NCBI GenBank assembly: GCA_963840855.1
Contig: CAWJBB010000013.1
Span: forward strand, 1 to 22,314
Length of the DNA stretch: 22,314 bases
DNA from: an uncultured delta proteobacterium
GTDB taxonomy: Bacteria; Desulfobacterota; Binatia; UBA9968
Direction: 5' to 3'
Below are positions 15,858 through 22,314 of the stretch, in pieces. Below the pieces are notes generated by a model. That model saw only the letters and a list, made by a program, of their open reading frames with translations. It did not search any database and was not told the origin of the DNA. How positions within the stretch are numbered: position 1 is the stretch's first letter; the number at the start of each line of letters is the position of its first letter. The position numbers and the translations under genes were made by a program.

Positions 15858-16898
15858 ATGAGCAAGAAACCGCTGCGATTCGGTCCGGCGTGCTATCATG
15901 TCATACATCTTTCCCTGCCTGTCGTCGCGATGGAGATGAACTTTCTATACGACGAAGGCCTTCGCGATGCCGATGGCAATGAAACGTACGAGCTTGTCCC
16001 CCATGGACTGGCGCCATTCAGTTTCGAGAAGCTCACACTTATTCAAGCGATGAAGGACAAGGACGTTGACATCGCGACGGATGTACAACCTAGGACGGTA
16101 TTTTATCAGAACAGTCAGGGCGAAGATCTTTGCGTGATCGCGGGTTGGCGTAACAACCGGCCCGGATCCTTCATTGCCCGAGCGGGAATTCGCACTTTTC
16201 AGGATCTCAGGGGTAAGCGCATCGGAATCAGTGACATCAACGACAATCATCATCTGCAGCTAAGTTACTGGCTTCATCAGGCCGGGGTGAACCCACATAC
16301 CGAAATAAAATGGGTGACTGGATTTGGTCCCGAAATGAGGCTCGATCCTCTGCTTAACGGCGAATTCGACGCGGGTCTGTTTTCCTATCCTGATCACATA
16401 GAAAAGCTCCGTCAGTCGGGCTTTGAAGTTGTAAAGGATTTTTCTGGATCTTACCCCGAAGGACGTCCGGATCGAGTCATAGCCGCGCCCGCCCGAGTGT
16501 TGGAGGAGCGCCGAGATGAGGTAAAGGCATTTCTGCGAGCGATTCTTAGATCCTACTGGTTCGTGCGCGACCGACAGAATTTCCGGTATCTGCAGAACCT
16601 GGACCGTCGATTGCGCCGGCATAGCCCCAATTATCACGAGCGGTTGCGGCCTTTGCGTGTGCGATCCCCCGAGTGGCTTGAAAAGCATCAGCCGTTTCCT
16701 ATGGATGGGCTCGCGACAGGCCTGGAACAATACGCAAAGGAAATGTTGGAGTTAGGAGAGATCAAAGCGGAAGTTGATTATAGTAAAGCATCTCGTCAGG
16801 ATTTGATGCGAGAAGCCTATGCGGAATTGATCGCTCGCCCAGAGCTCCAAGAGGAGGTGCAGCGTGCCCGTGAGGTGGAAAAACGCGTAGGCTTTTAA
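15858..16898 (+). CDS. NMT1/THI5-like substrate-binding-fold protein without signal peptide
   Basis: I.TF.DLRGKRIGIS, L..AGVNP..EI.WV, L.NGEFDAG and EVKAFLRA. The upstream gene's TAA is in frame three codons before the ATG. Confidence 0.8.
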   Translation: MSKKPLRFGPACYHVIHLSLPVVAMEMNFLYDEGLRDADGNETYELVPHGLAPFSFEKLTLIQAMKDKDVDIATDVQPRTVFYQNSQGEDLCVIAGWRNNRPGSFIARAGIRTFQDLRGKRIGISDINDNHHLQLSYWLHQAGVNPHTEIKWVTGFGPEMRLDPLLNGEFDAGLFSYPDHIEKLRQSGFEVVKDFSGSYPEGRPDRVIAAPARVLEERRDEVKAFLRAILRSYWFVRDRQNFRYLQNLDRRLRRHSPNYHERLRPLRVRSPEWLEKHQPFPMDGLATGLEQYAKEMLELGEIKAEVDYSKASRQDLMREAYAELIARPELQEEVQRAREVEKRVGF

Positions 16899-16919
16899 TA
16901 AAATACAGTTGAATAGTAC

Positions 16920-17101
16920 GTAGCCCGGTTTATTCGTAAGATTGCGCCCGAGGTTGGACGATGACCGGGGGACGACTCGATGAGGAAACCACCGAAGTCT
17001 TTGCCGGGTTGCCCGACCCGCCGACTGGTCGGGACGATCCCCAGTCTCCTCTCCATTTCATGCAGAACCGAGAATCTTAAAAGTGTCGCAAAACTGGCTA
17101 G
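16920..17101 (+). mobile_element. Internally deleted IS remnant / MITE B carrying a DDE transposase N-terminal relic
   Basis: Same 33-bp left end as 13838. Right end AATCTTAAAAGTGTCGCAAAACTGGCTAG. The internal mini-ORF MTGGRLDEETTEVFAGLPDPPTGR...FMQNRES recalls F..LPD.RTG...FFMQS.SFL of ISNCY/ISAs1-like transposases. Confidence 0.6.
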
Positions 17102-17108
17102 TTGAAGA

Positions 17109-17181
<73 letters not shown>

Positions 17182-17198
17182 ACAAGTTTGAAATCTGA

Positions 17199-17227
17199 AA
17201 TATTGCCCAAAAGCTTAGATGAGTCAA
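17199..17227 (-). promoter_or_regulatory. Putative sigma70 promoter of tRNA-Phe
   Basis: TTGACT-N17-AATATT, ending 17 bp upstream of the tRNA. Confidence 0.4.
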
Positions 17228-17229
17228 GA

Positions 17230-17322
17230 TCGTGAGCGGGTTCGTGGCTCGTGTTCGTTTTTCCTTCAACGAGAGTTTTTCATGCTAGCGAGCACGGTCA
17301 CGAGTCACGGTTCCGAACCCGC
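17230..17322. repeat. Inverted pair of degenerate 6-mer tandem arrays (TCGTGn / nCACGA)
   Basis: tcgtga-gcgggt-tcgtgg-ctcgtg-ttcgt ... gcgagc-acggtc-acgagt-cacggt. The right arm overlaps the gshB stop. Confidence 0.55.
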
Positions 17323-18257
17323 CGTTCGACGAAATCGATCACCTGGCTTTCCAGGCGCACGCCGTCAAGCGCGTTGATCTCCTGGATGCCGGTGGGGCTG
17401 GTTACGTTGACCTCGGTTAGATAGTTGCCGATGACGTCCAAACCGACGAAAAACAATCCATCGGCCTGCATTAGCGGCGCCAGCGCCGCGCAGATTTCCC
17501 GGTCACGCTCCGTGACTTCAGTCCTGACGCACTGTCCGCCGACGTGAATATTGCCGCGGGTCTCGGTTTCCAGCGGGACGCGCAACACCGCCCCCAGCGG
17601 CGCGCCGTCGAGCACGATGATGCGTTTGTCACCCTGGCGAATTTCCGGCAAATAGCGCTGCCCCATAATCATTCTGCGGCCGTTGTCGGTGGCGGCTTCA
17701 AGGATGGCATTGGTGTTACGGTCTTGAGTATTGAGGTAGAACACGCCGCTGCCGCCGCTGCCGTCCAACGGTTTGATGATGATTTCCCCGCCAAGCTCCT
17801 CCATGAAATCCTTGAGCCGTCGCATGTCGCTGGTCACCAGCGTCTGAGGAATCTGTTCGGGAAAGCGCAGCGCGTACAGTTTTTCATTCGCCTCGCGCAG
17901 TCCCCTGGGATCGTTCATCACGAAGCACCGTGATGGGTCGATCAGGCTGAGCAGGTGCGTGGCGAAAAAGAATTTCATGTCGAACGGCGGATCTTTGCGC
18001 ATCCAAACGGTATCGAAGTCCTCGAGCCTCCCATCCGTGAATTCACCGAGCTGATAGTGCGGCGTCGCCCGCGCGATTTGCAGCCGCCGATAGCGGCCGT
18101 AGGGTGTGCCGCCGCGAACGTATAAATCATGCGCTTCCATAACGTGAATTTCATGGCCGCGCTGCTGCGCCTCGAGCATCAGAACAAACGTCGTGTCTTT
18201 GTCGATGTTTATATATTCCACGGGGTCCATCACGACCCCGATCCTTAGGACTCCCAT
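17298..18257 (-). CDS. gshB: Glutathione synthetase
   Basis: VMDP...I...KDTT, MRKDPPFD, ANEKL, KPLDG.GG, GDKRI, RGNIHVGG and GLDVIG.YLTEVNVTSPTG. RBS GGAGG. Confidence 0.97.
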   Translation of the reverse strand: MGVLRIGVVMDPVEYINIDKDTTFVLMLEAQQRGHEIHVMEAHDLYVRGGTPYGRYRRLQIARATPHYQLGEFTDGRLEDFDTVWMRKDPPFDMKFFFATHLLSLIDPSRCFVMNDPRGLREANEKLYALRFPEQIPQTLVTSDMRRLKDFMEELGGEIIIKPLDGSGGSGVFYLNTQDRNTNAILEAATDNGRRMIMGQRYLPEIRQGDKRIIVLDGAPLGAVLRVPLETETRGNIHVGGQCVRTEVTERDREICAALAPLMQADGLFFVGLDVIGNYLTEVNVTSPTGIQEINALDGVRLESQVIDFVERRVRNRDS

Positions 18258-18272
18258 GTCTCCCCTCCCCAT

Positions 18273-18415
18273 AGTGAGACCGTGAGCAGTGAGCAATGAG
18301 CAGTCGTTCAAAGCTTCTTTGCCAATGACACGATAAGCCCATTTAGCATTTTTCGATGTGGCTTTTCGTCACTTCCCACTGTTCACTTCTCACTGCTCAC
18401 TGCTCACTGCTCACT
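18273..18415. repeat. Inverted pair of 7-mer tandem arrays (AGTGAGC)n ... (ACTGCTC)n
   Basis: About 4 copies at 18273-18304 and about 6 copies at 18371-18415, in the RDD-gshB spacer. Confidence 0.85.
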
Positions 18416-19091
18416 CTCTTATGACCCACGTGCGCGCCAGGTAATCATGCCAAGCCCTTTTTTCCCGGCTCAACAACACCCATAGATGACCCAGCAGCAG
18501 TGGCGCAAAGGCGAGGCTCCCGATCCAGCGCAGGCAAGCGCGCCGGTAGCCGATTTGTTCACGCTCGGCGCCGACGACGCGCAAACTCAAGAACCATTTG
18601 CCGATGGTTTTTCCGTCCATGCCATGAAACAACACGAAATAGACCGTTGCCAACATCGTAGTCGCGGTCGTGAGCAATGTGACGAGGGGCATCAGGGTTA
18701 CCTCCGTGATGGTCCGTTGGTGCGCCGCGAGTCCCACTTTGTAGCCCACGTAAGCCATGAGCCCCATCACTAGCGCGAGAATAATGACGACGAAGCAATC
18801 GATAAGAAACGCGGCGCCGCGCCGAAAAAAACCGCCATAGCGCGGCACATCCGCGGGTTCACTGGAAGACTCGAGCGGGTGGGCGACTGATGGAGTCACA
18901 CCTCCCCCCGGAAATTGCCAGGCATCGCCCTCCACCGGCAAGTCTAGTTCAAACGGCTCCTCTCGAGTCAAATTGAAATCTTCCCGCCGTGGAGCCCCGA
19001 AAACCACTCTCGGATGCAGTAACCTCGCGCCGCATTTTTCACAGCGTTCAGCGGACGGCAAAACCGGCGAATCACAATTTTGACAGTTCAT
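18411..19091 (-). CDS. RDD family membrane protein with an N-terminal zinc ribbon
   Basis: CxxC...CxxCG, YGGFFRRGAAFLID, G.TIGK...LRVV and KRAWHDYLA.TWV. Confidence 0.92.
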   Translation of the reverse strand: MNCQNCDSPVLPSAERCEKCGARLLHPRVVFGAPRREDFNLTREEPFELDLPVEGDAWQFPGGGVTPSVAHPLESSSEPADVPRYGGFFRRGAAFLIDCFVVIILALVMGLMAYVGYKVGLAAHQRTITEVTLMPLVTLLTTATTMLATVYFVLFHGMDGKTIGKWFLSLRVVGAEREQIGYRRACLRWIGSLAFAPLLLGHLWVLLSREKRAWHDYLARTWVIRE

Positions 19092-19120
19092 GATTTTGAG
19101 TCTGTTTCCTGGAATTGCTC

Positions 19121-19320
19121 CTAGCGTCCTGGAATTATCGTTCGCTTACAAATTCGAAAGCCCGAGTCCGTCATTCTCGCCCTTCGGCTGGGCTCAGGAC
19201 AAGCTCCAGCGGGAATCCAGAGCCTAGGGAACTTCTGGATTCCGGGTCGCCCCCGTTTTCACGGGGGTTGCCCGGAATGACGATTGAATTATTTAGCGAA
19301 CTTCGGACACACCACTCTAG
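19121..19320. repeat. CTAG-bounded repeat element enclosing a CGTC-tagged REP-like palindrome pair (19169-19282)
   Basis: Ends CTAGCGTCC..GTTCGCT and AGCGAAC..GGACAC..CTAG. Inner CGTCATTC...GGAATCCAGA...TCTGGATTCC...GAATGACG. Confidence 0.75.
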
Positions 19321-19406
19321 CTCTTCAACTCCGTGAACGCCTTGAACCAGCGGCTTCTTAGCCGCTCATTACAGAAGAGATAGCCGCTCGTTCTGCCAAG
19401 AGCAAG

Positions 19407-20147
19407 CTATTGTAAGTCGCCCCAGAGAAACTGCGCCAACGAGACCGCCGTCAACGCCGCGGTTTCGGCGCGGAGAATTCGTCTGCCCAGAGAAATCATT
19501 TCGAATCCGCGCGCCTGCGCGGCTCGGGCTTCTTCAGCGCTGAATCCCCCTTCGGGACCAATGGCAATCAGCACCGACTCGGTATCACGTCGCTTGTCTT
19601 GCACTTGCCGCAACGACTGGCGGGCTTCGTTTTCCCAAAAAAATAGTTTGAGCGTATCCGGCCAATCCTGACCTAGCAAGTCGCGAAACTCGCAAAGCGG
19701 CAGTACTTCCGGTACGCGCGTGCGACCGCACTGTTTCGCGGCGCTTACAGCGATCCTTTGCCAGCGCGCCGCGCGTTTCTCGGCCTTGGCCGCGTCCAGC
19801 TTCGCCACCGCACGGATAGAGATGAAAGGAACCATCCGGCAGACACCCAGTTCCGTCGCCTTTTCGACGACGAAATCCATCTTATCCCCCTTGGTCAATG
19901 CGAGAGCCAGAGTTAAATCCAACGGGGATTCCCGCGGCGCCTCGCGCGAACGAATAATTTCTATTTCCGCGCTCTCGGAGCCGCAGGAACGGATGACGGC
20001 GTCATGCTCCCGCCCGGCGTCATCGAAGACGGTAATGCCATCGCCGGGCGCCAAGCGTAAAACCCGGCGCAGGTGCTGCAACTCTCGGCCGTGAATGACG
20101 CCGCGGTTTCCGTCGATATTCTTCTTGGGCAGGAAAAACCGAGCCAT
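19407..20147 (-). CDS. rsmE: 16S rRNA m3U1498 methyltransferase
   Basis: HL.RVLRL, K.DKMD...EKATELGV, AAKQCGR, IGPEGGFS and LG.RILRAETA. Confidence 0.97.
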   Translation of the reverse strand: MARFFLPKKNIDGNRGVIHGRELQHLRRVLRLAPGDGITVFDDAGREHDAVIRSCGSESAEIEIIRSREAPRESPLDLTLALALTKGDKMDFVVEKATELGVCRMVPFISIRAVAKLDAAKAEKRAARWQRIAVSAAKQCGRTRVPEVLPLCEFRDLLGQDWPDTLKLFFWENEARQSLRQVQDKRRDTESVLIAIGPEGGFSAEEARAAQARGFEMISLGRRILRAETAALTAVSLAQFLWGDLQ

Positions 20148-20157
20148 ATTATGCTCT

Positions 20158-20229
20158 GTTCAAGGTTCAACGTTCAAAGTTCAATGTTCGCGCCCCCGAC
20201 CTTGAACCTTGAACCCGAAACCTTGAACC
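20158..20229. repeat. Inverted pair of 7-mer tandem arrays (GTTCAAn)n ... (CTTGAAC)n
   Basis: gttcaag-gttcaac-gttcaaa-gttcaat-gttc ... cttgaac-cttgaac-ccgaaac-cttgaac. Overlaps the prmA 3' end. Confidence 0.85.
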
Positions 20230-21102
20230 GCGCCGGAGTCGCCGGCACAGCAGCGTTACCCATTCTTTCTCCCGCTTGCGCCGGAGCACCTTGAAACCGC
20301 TACCGGCAAAACGGCCGATGACGCCGCGAACTTTCTGATGCAAAATTCCCGATAGAATGAGAAAACCCCGCGGCGCAACTTTATGCGCCAACCCATCGGC
20401 GAGATCGAAGATCGTTTCCGCCGTCAAATTGGCAACCACCAGCGAAAATGACCGCCGGATCTGATTGAGCCTTGCGCCCGAAAGCCGGACATTTCTTGCC
20501 GCGCCATTGGCGAGCAAATTTTTCCGCGCGACTTTGAGCGCGACGGGGTCATTGTCGATGGCCCAAACTTTTTTCGCGCCTGATTTTGCCAGCGCAATGG
20601 AAAGGATACCGGACCCCGTGCCAACATCCAGCGCATCAAATTGGCCAGCGCCAAAATATCCGGCGGCGCTCTCAATAAACTCGATGCAGCCACGGGTGGT
20701 CGCGTGGGTGCCGGTGCCAAAGGCCAGCCCTGGCTCGATGGTGATTAACTGGCGCCCTCTTAGCGGCGGGGGCGTCAACCACGGCGGACACACCAGGAAT
20801 TGCCTGCCAATCTTCCGCGCTGTGAAAAATTTCTGCCAGGCGCGGTTCCAGTTGCGGTCTTTGAGAATGCGCCAGCTGACGCCGCCTTCGTCAATATCCG
20901 GATAGATCGCCTTGATGTCGCGCAAAAAACGTCGCACATCGGCGCTGACGCCGACCGCGGCGGCGCCCTGGGCGTAGTAGCCTTGGACTTGCCTTTTTTT
21001 TATGACGACGCCGGGCGAGCCCCGTTCGATGAGAAAATTGGCGATGGCATCCAGCGCCGGCGGATCGGCGCGCACTGAAATTTGCAACCACGCGGAAGGC
21101 AC
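20167..21102 (-). CDS. prmA: 50S ribosomal protein L11 methyltransferase
   Basis: W...W.KFF, PPW, IEPGLAFGTGTH.TT, LDVGTGSGIL, VVANL, LILSGIL and EWV.L. Lies upstream of rsmE. Confidence 0.96.
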   Translation of the reverse strand: MPSAWLQISVRADPPALDAIANFLIERGSPGVVIKKRQVQGYYAQGAAAVGVSADVRRFLRDIKAIYPDIDEGGVSWRILKDRNWNRAWQKFFTARKIGRQFLVCPPWLTPPPLRGRQLITIEPGLAFGTGTHATTRGCIEFIESAAGYFGAGQFDALDVGTGSGILSIALAKSGAKKVWAIDNDPVALKVARKNLLANGAARNVRLSGARLNQIRRSFSLVVANLTAETIFDLADGLAHKVAPRGFLILSGILHQKVRGVIGRFAGSGFKVLRRKREKEWVTLLCRRLRRGSRFRVQGSRSGARTLNFER

Positions 21103-21219
21103 AACTTTCTATGCCACACCGGCCTGCCCGGTTCAATTGAACGATCGCGGCGCCGGCCAGCTTGTCATAATCGCTTCTTCGATATAAGGAAGTTGCATCA
21201 CTTTTAAAGGAGCCTCGCC

Positions 21220-22110
21220 GTGAAATTTGCGTCTATTAAGCCCAATGACATCGCCGTCATTAGAAACAATGCCATGATCCCGGTCGGCAACCTGCTCGTC
21301 CACCATGGAGCGTTGCCGAAGAACTTTTCGATGCTCGATGTGATCGCCGATTATGACCGGCTTGGTGCGCAACTGAGCAGCGTGGTAAGCGGCGAAAGGG
21401 GCGTGCCCGTCGATCCCGCGCGGCTCAAACCGCCGGTGGCAAATCCGTCCAAAATTTGGGCCGCGGCCGGCAACTATAAGCGCGGCACAGAAGGATTGGG
21501 GGAGGCGCGCGGCAGAGGCACGGCGGCGAAAACATCGCCACAGGAGCTTCTCGAAAACATTTTTCTCAAACCGCCTTCATCGATAGCCGGGCCTGAAGAT
21601 AATATCGTGATTCCGAAAAATGCCGATTCGATCTTCCCGGAGTTGGAGCTCTGCGTCGTCATTGGCAGAAAGGCGCGCAACCTGAGCAAAGCGCAAGCCT
21701 TTGACGCCGTCTTCGGCTACACGATCATGCTCGATATGACTGCCCGCGGATATGGCTTGAGTAAAAATATGTCCGGCACCCGCAACGTGCGCAAAGGCTT
21801 TGAAACCTTCGCCCCCATCGGGCCCTGGATCACTACCAAGGACGAAATTCCCAATCCGGACAATCTCTGGATGAAACTGTGGATCAACGGCGAACTCAAA
21901 CAGTCGGCCAAAACCGATGCGATGATCAATGACATCGCCACTCTCATAAGTTTTCTATCGGAAGTGACGACCTTGTACCCAGGCGATTTGATCACCACGG
22001 GAAACCCCGATTCGCCGGAGTTTCAAGAAAAATTAAAACCCGGAGATGTGTTGAAAGCCGAGATCGAAGGCATCGGCGCCATGAGCCTCGGTGTGGTTAA
22101 GGAAGCTTAA
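21220..22110 (+). CDS. Fumarylacetoacetate hydrolase family protein
   Basis: PSKIW....NY, FLKPPSS, ELELCVVIG, GYTI..D.TAR, KGF.TF.P.GPW and TL.PGD.I.TG.P. RBS AAGGAG. Confidence 0.95.
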   Translation: MKFASIKPNDIAVIRNNAMIPVGNLLVHHGALPKNFSMLDVIADYDRLGAQLSSVVSGERGVPVDPARLKPPVANPSKIWAAAGNYKRGTEGLGEARGRGTAAKTSPQELLENIFLKPPSSIAGPEDNIVIPKNADSIFPELELCVVIGRKARNLSKAQAFDAVFGYTIMLDMTARGYGLSKNMSGTRNVRKGFETFAPIGPWITTKDEIPNPDNLWMKLWINGELKQSAKTDAMINDIATLISFLSEVTTLYPGDLITTGNPDSPEFQEKLKPGDVLKAEIEGIGAMSLGVVKEA

Positions 22111-22132
22111 CGAGGATTAGGTTCAAATGTAA

Positions 22133-22314
22133 GCCGTTCAAGTCGTTCAAAACGTTTTGAAGGATAGGAGGTTTTTGAACGCGTTGACTGCCGAGGTACG
22201 TTCCTCACGGCTGTCGAATCTTGGCTCCCGCATCTTGCAGATAATCCGATTGGCCAGGCTTTCTCTTTTTCTGACGGCTCGAACGATTTGAACGACTGGA
22301 ACGTTTTGAACGGC
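22133..22314. repeat. Inverted pair of 9-mer tandem arrays (CGTTCAAnn)n ... (nnTTGAACG)n
   Basis: gccgttcaa-gtcgttcaa-aacgttttg ... tcgaacgat-ttgaacgac-tggaacgtt-ttgaacggc. It may continue past the window edge. Confidence 0.75.

Noticed and set aside
1-17108. Prophage or integrase-bearing island
   Set aside because: No integrase, phage structural gene or tRNA-end duplication within the window.
18273-18415. CRISPR-like array
   Set aside because: Units are 7-nt tandem repeats without unique spacers, and there are no cas genes.

Overview
Bacterial window with two halves. The right part (about 17.1-22.3 kb) is conserved core: FAH-family hydrolase (+), then prmA-rsmE-RDD-gshB (-) and tRNA-Phe(GAA) (-), with short inverted tandem-repeat arrays and a REP/MITE between the genes. 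The left part (1-17.1 kb) lies downstream of the tRNA-Phe 3' end and is a mosaic accessory region. It holds four co-oriented integron attC-like sites plus a half site and no integrase (a decaying CALIN), with a YrhB/Imm35-like cassette and a TIR-domain cassette, and a VapBC-type toxin-antitoxin pair nearby. It also has two direct copies of a ~235-bp MITE derived from a RAYT/Y1-type HUH transposase, each end abutting a different truncated gene. Other contents are a decayed cobalamin module (CWC-DUF5522, BtuM-like fragment, BtuF-like, Dph6-like pseudogene), two genes with single +1 frameshifts, and a cluster of a divergent ComA-like enzyme with three substrate-binding-fold proteins (two with no signal peptide, and no permease or ATPase), partly bracketed by related IS-remnant MITEs. 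All family calls come from motif recognition by eye, not from database searches.
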